From Nitrospinales bacterium (lineage in GTDB: Bacteria; Nitrospinota; Nitrospinia; Nitrospinales; VA-1), in the NCBI GenBank assembly GCA_965262115.1, contig OZ253496.1, positions 2,464,001-2,528,000 on the forward strand: a stretch of 64,000 nt of DNA, given 5' to 3'. The notes under the pieces are model-generated. The model made no database searches. It had not been told where the DNA came from and saw only the letters and a program-made list of their open reading frames with translations. Made by a program: the position numbers and the translations under genes. Of the stretch, positions 1 through 9,214 are shown in pieces; the stretch's first letter is position 1, and every line of letters begins with the position of its first letter.

Positions 1-2
1 TT

Positions 3-263
3 CTCGGATGCTGGGCTCTGGTTCAAGCCCTCTTATTAGCGACTCGGCAGAATCCGTTTGGAGCCAGCGTGGCATATGGCCTGATTTTCTTGACCGTGGC
101 TTTGGTGGTCAGTCTGGAGAAATTGATCGAAAAACTGCTTCCAGATGGGGCGAGACGGCACCGGATTCTGGGTCGCACCACTATGATCATCTATGCCTTG
201 ATCCTGGTGACCAGCACGGCAACCTATCTTATGCTCTACGTCATTTATCCGCTCAAACTTTGA
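3..263 (+). CDS. Membrane protein, 3' part (DUF420-like C-terminus), truncated by the window edge
   Basis: Frame open from position 3; hydrophobic segments; ends HRILGRTTMIIYALILVTSTATYLMLY, resembling DUF420 C-termini. Confidence 0.55.
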   Translation, partial: LGCWALVQALLLATRQNPFGASVAYGLIFLTVALVVSLEKLIEKLLPDGARRHRILGRTTMIIYALILVTSTATYLMLYVIYPLKL

Positions 264-353
264 TTTGGGGGCTAAAAGTCAGGGAGACGGGATAAACCCC
301 GGGAAAAGCGCGCCCGAATGGGGGAAAATCTTTAAAACAAGGGGTTTTTGCCC

Positions 354-382
354 TTGACACCCCTTGTTTCAACTGATAAATT
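354..382 (+). promoter_or_regulatory. Sigma70-type promoter, with a 10-bp inverted repeat flanking the -35
   Basis: TTGACA 354-359, 17-nt spacer, TGn-TAAATT 374-382; AAACAAGGGG 335-344 / CCCCTTGTTT 360-369. Confidence 0.55.
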
Positions 383-390
383 TCGCGGAA

Positions 391-498
391 TTAAATGACT
401 TCGAAGTACATAAGAAGGAGGTATAAAGCGACCAGTCCGTTGACACTGAGACCGATGTAAACAATGGTATCGAAAATTTTTCCGTCTTTGCTGGCCAT
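391..498 (-). CDS. 35-aa single-TM small protein (not in ORF track)
   Basis: GAGGA RBS then ATG; MASKDGKIFDTIVYIGLSVNGLVALYLLLMYFEVI*. Confidence 0.6.
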   Translation of the reverse strand: MASKDGKIFDTIVYIGLSVNGLVALYLLLMYFEVI

Positions 499-623
499 AT
501 AATCCTCAAAAGTAATTTTTTTTCTTTGAAATAAAAGAAATATACCCTATCATTAGGATTTTAAAACTGTCAAGAATAAACTTTTTTGAATAGAGAATTA
601 ATTTAATTTTCCCGGAGCAGAAA

Positions 624-728
624 ATGGATTTAGAAAAGATTAAGGAAAAAGCAGGACCCATGATTTATATCGGAACCATTATTTTCTCTTTATGGTTTTT
701 CTATTGGTTTGCATCCGTTTGGCGGTAA
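624..728 (+). CDS. 34-aa single-TM small protein (not in ORF track)
   Basis: GGAG RBS; MDLEKIKEKAGPMIYIGTIIFSLWFFYWFASVWR*. Confidence 0.65.
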   Translation: MDLEKIKEKAGPMIYIGTIIFSLWFFYWFASVWR

Positions 729-782
729 TCGATTGGAAAGAGCAATCCAATCATTAATTTTATTGGGGGAGTATAAGGAAAT

Positions 783-950
783 ATGAACGATTTTTCGGCT
801 AGCGAAAACAAAAAGTTTGTCACTCCAAAATCTGTTATCTGGTTCGTCATTGCTTTAGCCTGCATGTCTGGATATTACTTTCTCATCAACATTGGGTTGA
901 TGAAGGTTCAGGGACTTGATTTCTTCTACCTTTGGAGCTCAGGTAGATAG
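783..950 (+). CDS. 55-aa small membrane protein (not in ORF track)
   Basis: AAGGA RBS; MNDFSASENKKFVTPKSVIWFVIALACMSGYYFLINIGLMKVQGLDFFYLWSSGR*; followed by a terminator. Confidence 0.7.
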   Translation: MNDFSASENKKFVTPKSVIWFVIALACMSGYYFLINIGLMKVQGLDFFYLWSSGR

Positions 951-985
951 TGGCGGTGGCCATTAATCCTGAATAAGGGATCTTG

Positions 986-1024
986 AAAAGATGACAAGCC
1001 CGGTGGGCTTGTCATCTTTTTTTT
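986..1024 (+). terminator. Intrinsic terminator
   Basis: AAAAGATGACAAGCCC-GGT-GGGCTTGTCATCTTTT followed by a further T run. Confidence 0.85.
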
Positions 1025-1054
1025 GCCTGCTTCTCTAATAACCTCGAATAAATC

Positions 1055-1708
1055 ATGAATGAAAACCCCTCCTGCCGGGTCTACCTTTTCCGTCATGGTG
1101 AAACCGCAAACTCAAAAGAAGTGCACTTCAATGGCCATTTTGATGTAGGGCTTTCCGTGAATGGGGAAGACCAGTTCAAAGAATGGGCTCAGGTTTTGCA
1201 AGACGAGCCCTTCAAAGCCATTTATTCCAGTGATCTTGAGCGTACCTGGTTGAGCGCCCGATTATTGGGAGAACCGCACCAGCTTGAACCTGTGACCTTT
1301 CCTGAATTGAGGGAGTTGTATTTTGGCGTCTGGGAGGGGTTGAGCGTTACCGAAGTGGAGAAGAAATTCCCCCAGCAACTCGAAAAACGTATGAAGAATA
1401 TCGAAGCGTTTCAAGTAGAAGGGGGCGAGACGTTTGAGCAACTTAAAGAACGAGTCGTGCCCTGCTTTGAGGAAATTATTGCCCGCCATCCCAACGAACA
1501 GATTGCTCTGGTTTGCCACGGGGGTGTGAACCGGGTGATTCTTTCCCATCTGCTTGAAGTGCCGATAAAAAGAATTTTCAGGATCAAGCAGGATTATGCG
1601 GCTCTCAATATTATTCAGTATTATGGCGATGAGCCTGTGGTGGAATTGGTGGGAGGGGCGACTCACCATGCCACGGGTGCCCAAAACAAAAAAATAGCTA
1701 TTCAGTAG
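1055..1708 (+). CDS. Histidine phosphatase family protein (alpha-ribazole phosphatase CobC-like)
   Basis: RHGET, YSSDLER, LRELYFGVWEG and VCHGG motifs. Confidence 0.85.
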   Translation: MNENPSCRVYLFRHGETANSKEVHFNGHFDVGLSVNGEDQFKEWAQVLQDEPFKAIYSSDLERTWLSARLLGEPHQLEPVTFPELRELYFGVWEGLSVTEVEKKFPQQLEKRMKNIEAFQVEGGETFEQLKERVVPCFEEIIARHPNEQIALVCHGGVNRVILSHLLEVPIKRIFRIKQDYAALNIIQYYGDEPVVELVGGATHHATGAQNKKIAIQ

Positions 1709-1720
1709 AAAGGCTCTTGG

Positions 1721-2519
1721 ATGAAGAGTTTTCTGGTCCAGATCAGAAACGCAGATGTGTATGTGGGTGGCAACCCGGTTCTCAAATCTTTGAGATGGAC
1801 CATGAACGAAGGGGAAAACTGGGCTGTGGTGGGCAATAATGGGCTCTGGCAAGACCACTCTCATGAAACTGATCTTCGGCGAACTCATCCCGGTCTATGG
1901 CGGTCACGTGCGCTGGTTCGGAAAACGCGAGCACACTCCGCTTCTGGAGGTTCGTGAAAAACTGGGATACGTGTCGGCTGAATACCAAAACAATTATGAT
2001 CGCCCGGCATCAGGCTGGGAGGTGGTGGCCTCGGGATTTTTCTCGTCGATTGGATTGCACGAGTCGGTCACTCCCCGTCAAAAAGAGTCTGCTCTCAAGG
2101 CCATGGCTCATCTCGGAATCGAAACTCTGAGCTACACCCCGTTTAGGCATATGTCTTATGGGAAAGCCAGAAGGGTTTTGTTGGCCCGGGCCATGGTCCA
2201 TCGCACGAAACTGTTGATCCTGGATGAACCCTGCGCCGGGTTGGACATCCCCACACGCGAACGTTTCCTGATAACGCTGGAAAAGCTATCGAGAAAGCGC
2301 ACCTCAATGATCTATGTGACGCACCGGATTGAAGAAATCATGCCTTGTGTCACTCATGTGCTTTTCCTGAAAGACGGTCAAGTCGCCGCGCAAGGGAAGA
2401 AGGACGAAATGATGACATCCGCAATCCTTTCACGCGTTTTGGGATGCTCCCTATCGGTAGAAAAACATTCTGATCGTTACTGGCTGCTCGCCGCAGGGGC
2501 AACTGGCAATGGCTTATAA
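1721..2519 (+). pseudogene. ABC ATPase (ModF-like), frameshifted in Walker A
   Basis: GGC AAT AAT GG(G)C TCT GGC AAG ACC: one extra G at 1841-1843 splits GNNGSGKT; MSYG signature, LLILDEP and VTH present. Could be a sequencing error. Confidence 0.8.
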
Positions 2520-3199
2520 GGCCGAGATAACTCTTTGCTCGCCAGAGACAGTTATTACCCTTCCGAGGCACGAGGCTAATGAAAAATATCACGTGCTCAC
2601 TGGGTCCAGCGTCACGCCCCTTGGCAGGGGATGCAGTTGGGCAAGGACTTGTTAAGCCGAGACGGCTCTTTTCTAGCCAGCAGGGTTATTGCTCACTGGG
2701 TCCAGCGTCACGCCCCTTGGCAGGGGATGCAGTTGGGCAAGAACTTGTTAAGCCGAGACGGCTCTTTTCTAGCCAGCAGGGTTATTGCTCACTGGGTCCA
2801 GCGTCACGCCCCTTGGCAGGGGATGCAGTTGGGCAAGGACTTGTTAAGCCGAGGCGGCTCTTTTCTAGCCAGCAGGGTTATTGCTCACTGGGTCCATCGT
2901 CACGCCCCTTGGCAGGGGATGCAGTTGGGCAAGGACTTGTTAAGCCGAGGCGGCTCTTTTCTAGCCAGCAGGGTTATTGCTCACTGGGTCCAGCGTCACG
3001 CCCCTTGGCAGGGGATGCAGTTGGGCAAGGACTTGTTAAGCCGAGACGGCTCTTTTCTAGCCAGCAGGGTTATTGCTCACTGGGTCCAGCGTCACGCCCC
3101 TTGGCAGGGGATGCAGTTGGGCAAGGACTTGTTAAGCCGAGACGGCTCTTTTCTAGCCAGCAGGGTTATTCTCACTGGGTCCAGCGTCACGCTGGGTGG
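2479..3199 (+). repeat. Family-A repeat array: one divergent unit (holding a B element at 2556-2593) plus 6 near-identical 96-bp tandem units
   Basis: Units start at 2594, 2690, 2786, 2882, 2978 and 3074, with a partial unit at 3170. Confidence 0.95.
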
Positions 3200-3266
3200 G
3201 TGGTTGCTATTTTATTTTGAACGGGGTAAAATTTTGCTTCTTTCATCAGTTCGAGGCAGGTCGCTA

Positions 3267-3830
3267 ATGAGAGCGGGTCTTTTTCTAGCTCTGTTTTTGT
3301 TGCAAGTTTCCACAGCCTGGGGGCTTAGTCCTGAACAATGGTTTCAGGAGGGCAATCGGCTCAGCTCAGCGGGGCAGTTTGAAGAGGCGGTGGAGGCCTA
3401 TGAAAAATCCATTGCTGGTAATGCCTTGTCTCCGGTGGCGCATTACAATATGGGAATTGCTTACAAGAACCTTAGGCAGTTGGACAAGGCGGCGGCGTCG
3501 CTTGAAAAGTCCGTGGAATTGGAGCCGGTCAATATGGACGCCCGGATTACCCTCGGTAATGTTTATAATCTTCAGGAACGGTGGGCCGATGCGATTGGGC
3601 AACTTAATTTTGTTGTTCACCGTAAAAGAGGCGATGCCCAGGCTCATGGAAACCTGGGTTGGGCCTATTACAACTATAGAAAGGGTCCCCCTTTCAAGAG
3701 AATAGTGATTCTGAATCTGTCGCGTGCTGTGGAATTGTTTAAAGAGCAAAACCAGCTTCAGGCCGCAGACGCCACACAAAAAATTCTTGATGAGGCCCGG
3801 AATAAATTCGGGGTTTCCTTGATTCAGTAA
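3267..3830 (+). CDS. Secreted TPR protein
   Basis: Signal peptide MRAGLFLALFLLQVSTAWG; TPR motifs (AHYNMGIAY, AHGNLGWAY). Confidence 0.8.
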   Translation: MRAGLFLALFLLQVSTAWGLSPEQWFQEGNRLSSAGQFEEAVEAYEKSIAGNALSPVAHYNMGIAYKNLRQLDKAAASLEKSVELEPVNMDARITLGNVYNLQERWADAIGQLNFVVHRKRGDAQAHGNLGWAYYNYRKGPPFKRIVILNLSRAVELFKEQNQLQAADATQKILDEARNKFGVSLIQ

Positions 3831-3859
3831 GTTTAACCGGTTTTTTTATAGAGGTTGTT

Positions 3860-4138
3860 ATGAGCCAGAGTATTACTGTCATACCGACACGCAGTGAACA
3901 CACCATCACCTTCAAGGTGGACAAGGCTTTGTTGCCGCATGGCAAAAGCCTGGCTTTTTCTGAAGCGGGTGCGGCAAAGCTTCATCCTATGGCGCAGGCT
4001 CTGCTGGCCATATCGGGGGTGAACAGCGGCTGGATGATGGCAGACGAAATCATGATCACCAAAGATATTGATGTCCGCTGGGCTACCGTAAAGCCGAAAG
4101 TGATGGAAACCATCCGTAAGGTTCAGTCCGCCCACTAG
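3860..4138 (+). CDS. Nfu/NifU N-terminal scaffold-domain protein
   Basis: PT...TITFKV..HPMAQALLAISGV..ITK..W pattern; GAGG RBS. Confidence 0.75.
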   Translation: MSQSITVIPTRSEHTITFKVDKALLPHGKSLAFSEAGAAKLHPMAQALLAISGVNSGWMMADEIMITKDIDVRWATVKPKVMETIRKVQSAH

Positions 4139-4236
4139 CTGCTAGCCGCAGGGGCAGATGGCAAGGGCTTGATTGAGCCGAGACAGCTCTTTGTCAGCTT
4201 GCAAGAACTATTGCAAGATGGCTCCACGCCTAGTGG
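4132..4236. repeat. Family-A dispersed repeat, single copy
   Basis: CCACTAG...GGCAAGGGCTT..GCCGAGACAGCTCTT..CTATTGC..CCACGCCTAGTGG. Confidence 0.8.
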
Positions 4237-5513
4237 CGGAAAAATTCTTTAAATGTGCGAATCAGGAGTTCATGATCTTTCGCTCCCGCCATTTCACGGA
4301 TGGAATGCATGGACAGCATGGGGTTTCCCACATCGACGGTGCGGATTCCCAGATTGGCGGCAGTGATCGGGCCGATGGTACTTCCGCATCCCAAGTCAGA
4401 CCGCACCACAAATTTTTGCACTGGCACTCCGGCTTTCCGGCATAACGATTCAAACCAGGCGCTTGATATTCCTTCCGTGGCATAATGTTGTCCGGCGTTG
4501 CTTTTGATCACTGGCCCACCATTGATGATTGGCATATGGTGGCTATCATGTTTGTCCGAGTAATTAGGGTGGACGGCATGGGCCATATCGGCGGATATGA
4601 AGAATGAATCTGCCAGAGCTCTTAAAAAACTTTCCCTGGAATTTTCTTCAGTCAGGGCGATTCGCTCCAATACATCTTTTAGGAAAGGGGAACCCGCTCC
4701 TTGTGCAGTTTCACTGCCGACTTCTTCGTGATCGTAAAACGCGATCACTCTTGTTGCCGAATCCTTCTTCGTAGATTCTGCTAACGCATGCAGGGCGCAA
4801 TGGCAACTGGCGAGATTGTCCAGACGACCGGAAAAAATAAATTCTCCATCGGCACCGGCAACGGCACCCGGTTGCGTGTCATATAATGACAGCTCCATCC
4901 CTATTATATCGGCTGGTCGGCATTTTAGTTCGCGGACGACCATTTTTTTAAGAACTTCCTCGGCGGCGGATTTTTTTTGCAAAGAAAAAATAGGCGGCAA
5001 ATGGTTTTGCTCGTTGAGAATCAGTCCTTTTTTATTGACGTCGCGGTTTAAGTGAATGGCCAATTGCGGGATGCGCAATAAAGGCTGCTTAAACCGGATC
5101 AGTTTGGAAAGGGGCATTTTCTTTCCGCCTAAAATCACACGTCCGGCCAGCGATAAATCCCGGTCCGTCCAGGTAGAAAGAAGCACTCCCCCATACACCT
5201 CCACTCCCAGTTGCAGATAACCACTTTTGGCATAACCCGCCTGCGGTTTAAGTCTGAGATTGGGACTGTCTGTGTGGGCACCGATAATTTTAAACCCGGG
5301 TTTTGATCCTACAATAAATGCGATCAGGGATGAATCGTTTCGGGCGAGGAAATATCTGCCATTGGGGGCCAGCTTCCAGGCATTGGTTTCTTTAAGTTCA
5401 ATAAAGCCTTTCTCTGAAAGAGTGTCGGTCATCTCCTGCACGGCATGGAAGGGTGTGGGAGACCGATCAATAAATTCCAGCAGGTTTTGAATGCGGTTGG
5501 TTTTCGGATTCAT
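4230..5513 (-). CDS. M18 aspartyl aminopeptidase
   Basis: SPTPFHAV, GAHTDSP, RLDNL, DHEEVGS, SADMAHAVHPNY and MHSIRE motifs. Confidence 0.92.
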   Translation of the reverse strand: MNPKTNRIQNLLEFIDRSPTPFHAVQEMTDTLSEKGFIELKETNAWKLAPNGRYFLARNDSSLIAFIVGSKPGFKIIGAHTDSPNLRLKPQAGYAKSGYLQLGVEVYGGVLLSTWTDRDLSLAGRVILGGKKMPLSKLIRFKQPLLRIPQLAIHLNRDVNKKGLILNEQNHLPPIFSLQKKSAAEEVLKKMVVRELKCRPADIIGMELSLYDTQPGAVAGADGEFIFSGRLDNLASCHCALHALAESTKKDSATRVIAFYDHEEVGSETAQGAGSPFLKDVLERIALTEENSRESFLRALADSFFISADMAHAVHPNYSDKHDSHHMPIINGGPVIKSNAGQHYATEGISSAWFESLCRKAGVPVQKFVVRSDLGCGSTIGPITAANLGIRTVDVGNPMLSMHSIREMAGAKDHELLIRTFKEFFRH

Positions 5514-5776
5514 GAATGGGGTCTCCAAATATACTCAACAATCACTGGGAGCAAGAGAACGGTAAATTCACTGCTGGTTTAACATGAAGCTGCTTTGGTT
5601 CGTGACAAGTTCTGCGTGAGCCGGGCTGGGGCAATGAGCTAACCATTTGTAAAATAATTTGCTATGCGACTCCCCAGGCATGAGGCAGTTTTGCGCGTTC
5701 AATCTAGGGACCTTTGATTTTGGTGTTTACCGGATTTCCTGTAAAATAAAATTTCCTTTTCGAGGAATATTTTATC

Positions 5777-6079
5777 ATGGGCCTTTTGATCAAAGCTGAT
5801 TTTAAAAAGAAGCTGGATATTAAACTCTACCGGTTTGATCCCAAAAATCCCAAGCCAGAGTACCATGCCGAAATTTTTTGTGAAATGTTTTCCCAATTCC
5901 CGCAGTTCAAGGCCCATGTCGCGGCCTATATTGAAAGAAACTATTGTTTCGTGGTCAACGACGAAGACCATTCCGACCCGAAATCCCTCCTCACCACTTT
6001 AAAACCCGATGAAGTCAGGAAACTGAACGAATGGGTTTTGCTGCGTAACAAACCTGGCACCGTAGCGCGGAAAAAATAA
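5777..6079 (+). CDS. Hypothetical protein
   Basis: GAGGA RBS, 100-aa ORF, no recognised family. Confidence 0.65.
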   Translation: MGLLIKADFKKKLDIKLYRFDPKNPKPEYHAEIFCEMFSQFPQFKAHVAAYIERNYCFVVNDEDHSDPKSLLTTLKPDEVRKLNEWVLLRNKPGTVARKK

Positions 6080-6246
6080 CCCAGCCCGGATTTTTTTTAC
6101 AGCCTCAAATTCAAATTTTTGGGGATAAGGCTTCTCTGCGGCGAACCGTCGCAGAATTTTAGAAATCAGGGGTTCAGATATTGTGAAATAGTGTAAAAGT
6201 GTATATCGAAAATTCGATATTTGGTGGGTAGGGGGGACTCCATGGC

Positions 6247-6635
6247 ATGAGAAGCACAGGCCCGGTAAAATTCTGGTTGTTGAAGATGATGAAGCTTCAA
6301 GCATCATCATCGTGCGGTTATTGAACCAGATGGGTTATTCAAAAATAACTCAGGCTGAGAATGGAAACATAGCTCTCGATAAACTCTATCTGAATCAGGT
6401 CAGCCTGATCATATCGGACTGGCGGATGCCGGATATGGATGGATTGGAGTTTTATAAAAAAGCCAAACAGGAAGGGCTTATTGGTGATATCCCATTTTTA
6501 ATGGTATCGGCGGAAAACCACAAAGAGCAGATCACCGAAGCCTTGAAGGCCGGGGTGGATGACTATATTCTGAAACCGGTGGATTTAAAAATACTCAGGG
6601 GCAAGATCTAAAAACTGCTTGATGTGCAAGAGTGA
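6247..6635 (+). pseudogene. CheY-like receiver, frameshift plus nonsense codon
   Basis: MRSTGPVK / ILVVEDD needs one extra A near 6270; IISDWRMP, MVSA and YILKP present; TAA at 6609 precedes KLLDVQE*. Confidence 0.75.
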
Positions 6636-6653
6636 AGTTAACCCTCTTCTGCA

Positions 6654-6900
6654 GAGACCTTTGTATAAGTCAAAAAATCGAAGAATCGAGATGCTTCGAG
6701 ATACCCCTACGGGGCATGAAGTTTAAGGAAGAGGATATCACATACCCCTACGGGGCAAGAATTCAAAGGTCAAATATCACTAGCTCAGCATGACAATACT
6801 GGGCCATTTTGTCATTCTGAGGAACAAGGTGACGAAGACGTGATATTTTTCCTCAAACTTCGTGCCCCGCAGGGGTAATCTCGGGTTATGCAAAGGTCTC
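6654..6900. mobile_element. MITE (family C), 247 bp, carrying a REP-like pair and three B elements
   Basis: TIRs GAGACCTTTGTATAA / TTATGCAAAGGTCTC; perfect 9-bp direct repeat TCTTCTGCA at 6645-6653 and 6901-6909. Confidence 0.9.
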
Positions 6901-6941
6901 TCTTCTGCAGGGCATGACAAAACTTTACCCGTAGCGGTACG

Positions 6942-7949
6942 CTACCCGCCGATGGCGTGCATGGCGCGGGTGGGGCGTTCGAAATCTTCCAGATTGATTT
7001 TGTGGCCAGGTTCTTTGACCAGAACCGCTTGGTTGATGGCCTCGGCGATGGCGGAATCGGTCGCGCCGGATCGGATCAGATCTTTTAGATCGGTTTCGTC
7101 AGTCGAAAACAGGCAGGTCCGGAGTTTGCCGTCGGCGGTCATACGGATGCGGTTGCAATGATCGCAGAACGGATTGCTGACTGCTGTGATGATGCCGATT
7201 TTCCCCTTGCCGTCAGCGAAGTTGTATTCACTGGCCGGACCAATTTCCAGAGAGTTGTCGATCGGTACCAGTTCGTATTTTTCCTTGATGAGATCAACAA
7301 TCTCATGCCCGAACAGGACTTTGTCGCGTTCCCACACTTTATCTGAATCCAGAGGCATGAACTCGATGAAGCGGATCTCGAAACCATCGGAGCGGCCATA
7401 CTCGATCAGGCCCATGACCTCGGTTTCGGAAAAATTGCGCACTGCCACGGCGTTTATCTTGATCGACTTGAATCCGACCTTGCGAGCCGCATCCAGACCA
7501 TCCAGAACCGCTTGCAGGCAGTCCCTGCGATTGACATCGCGGAACTTATCCGGGTCGAGCGAATCCAGGCTGACGTTCAGCCTTTTCAGTCCTGCATCCA
7601 ATAGACTTTGGGCTTGGTCTTTGAGAAAATAGGCGTTGGTGGTCATGGCAATATCGTTGATGCCTTCCACCTTATCGATCATTTTGATTAAAGTCGGCAG
7701 GTCTTTTCTCATCATCGGTTCCCCACCGGTCAGGCGAATACGGTTGATTCCCAATTTGGAAACAACCGTTACCACGCGGTGGATTTCCTCAAACGTCAGC
7801 AGGTTGCTTCGGTCCATGAATTCTACGTTATCTGCCGGCATGCAATAGGTGCATCGAAAATTACAGCGATCAGTAACTGAAATCCTGAGGTTGACGATGG
7901 TTCGTCCCATCCCATCGACAAGTTTTGGGGAATCGGTTTTGGTGGTCAT
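6942..7949 (-). CDS. moaA: GTP 3',8-cyclase MoaA
   Basis: LRISVTDRCNFRCTYC, TGGEP, FCDHCNRIR..CLF, C-terminal IGG. Confidence 0.97.
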   Translation of the reverse strand: MTTKTDSPKLVDGMGRTIVNLRISVTDRCNFRCTYCMPADNVEFMDRSNLLTFEEIHRVVTVVSKLGINRIRLTGGEPMMRKDLPTLIKMIDKVEGINDIAMTTNAYFLKDQAQSLLDAGLKRLNVSLDSLDPDKFRDVNRRDCLQAVLDGLDAARKVGFKSIKINAVAVRNFSETEVMGLIEYGRSDGFEIRFIEFMPLDSDKVWERDKVLFGHEIVDLIKEKYELVPIDNSLEIGPASEYNFADGKGKIGIITAVSNPFCDHCNRIRMTADGKLRTCLFSTDETDLKDLIRSGATDSAIAEAINQAVLVKEPGHKINLEDFERPTRAMHAIGG

Positions 7950-8088
7950 TCAGAAGTCCTTGTGGTCTATGGGCGCCTGTCGGGGCCGCTTTTCAATACA
8001 TGGAATCAATAAATGAGCCTGGGCTCGAGTTCAAGTGTGGTTAAATTATAGCTTTTTTAGCCTGAGGATGTATAGGATTAGTTTGAAA

Positions 8089-8290
8089 GCCCTTGGCAGG
8101 GCAGGCAAATAGGCAAGAGTCCATCAAGCCGAGCTAACCTCCTTGCTAGCCAATAAAAGCTATTGCGTGCTGGCCCCACGCCCAGTGGCCCCTTGGCAGG
8201 GCAGGCAAATGGGCAAGAGCCCATCAAGCCGAGCTAACCTCCTTGCTAGCCAATAAAAGCTATTGCACACTGGCCCCACGCCCAGTGGCG
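8089..8290 (+). repeat. Family-A repeat, two tandem units (100-bp period)
   Basis: CCTTGGCAGGGCAGG at 8091 and 8191. Confidence 0.9.
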
Positions 8291-8452
8291 GCAAAATGTC
8301 GAATTTAAAGAACTTTGCTGGCCTAAATACATTATAATATTGTTGCAAAGGCTCTATTTGATATATAATTATTGTATTGATCCAATTTAAGCAGTTGGGG
8401 GACCACCCAGAGTTTTCAATCAGGTAAGACTTTAAAATTTAAGGATTTATTT

Positions 8453-9193
8453 GTGTCTGTCGCTGAAGAAAAGTTTTCCGCAAAATTCGAGAAAATCGCC
8501 TCTGAGATCAAGCACCGAGGTGCTTATTATCAGGAGGATGCTGGTGAGAAGGGCATGGCGCTTCTCGAAGCCAAATTTAAAGATACAAAACTGTATTGGT
8601 TGGTGAATCTTAAGGAAGATCGCATTTTCAGAGCCCGGTTTTTCGCTTATGGGGGCAAGATTTCTCTGGTGATCGGTGAAATTCTTTGCACCATGGTTGA
8701 AGGGTTGACTGTAGAGGAAGCGGGTTCACTGCTGAAAACCGATGTGGAAGCCCGGCTTCGTGACGATCCGGAAGTGCCTTCGGTTCCCGAATCCAAAATG
8801 AAGGCTTTCGATACGGTTGAAGAATTGCTGAAAATTGTTCAGGAACAATATCCCTCGGCGAAAGCGGTGGCTGTTGCCAGTGCATCCATAAATAAAGAAG
8901 ATTTTCAATCCACTGCTGAACTGAACCTGGCGGCTCAAGCTTGGATGGGATTGACGAAGAATGAGCAGAAGGAACAGATAGAGATTGTTTTGGATGAGCA
9001 CATCCGCCCGGCTCTCATGAATGACGGGGGAAACGTCCAGGTTCTGGATGTGACGGACGGCGAGAGAGTTTTAGTTCAATACCAGGGGGCGTGCGGCAGT
9101 TGTGGGTCTTCTTTAGGAGCCACCCTGTCGTTTATGGAATCGACCCTGCGCAAACATATTTACAACGAATTAAATGTTGTTCCACAGATGTAA
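8453..9193 (+). CDS. NifU-family protein (degenerate IscU-like N domain plus NifU_C)
   Basis: IRPALMNDGGNV...YQGACGSC; upstream of the suf genes. Confidence 0.85.
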   Translation: MSVAEEKFSAKFEKIASEIKHRGAYYQEDAGEKGMALLEAKFKDTKLYWLVNLKEDRIFRARFFAYGGKISLVIGEILCTMVEGLTVEEAGSLLKTDVEARLRDDPEVPSVPESKMKAFDTVEELLKIVQEQYPSAKAVAVASASINKEDFQSTAELNLAAQAWMGLTKNEQKEQIEIVLDEHIRPALMNDGGNVQVLDVTDGERVLVQYQGACGSCGSSLGATLSFMESTLRKHIYNELNVVPQM

Positions 9194-9214
9194 TGAGTTA
9201 CCTGGAGATCAATA

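Noticed and set aside
2594..3192. CRISPR array
   Set aside because: Units are near-identical along their whole 96 bp with no unique spacers, and no cas genes are present.
2579..3266. 213-aa and 399-aa repeat ORFs as real proteins
   Set aside because: They are translations of a non-coding repeat family found elsewhere between genes; the TPR gene has a signal peptide starting at 3267.
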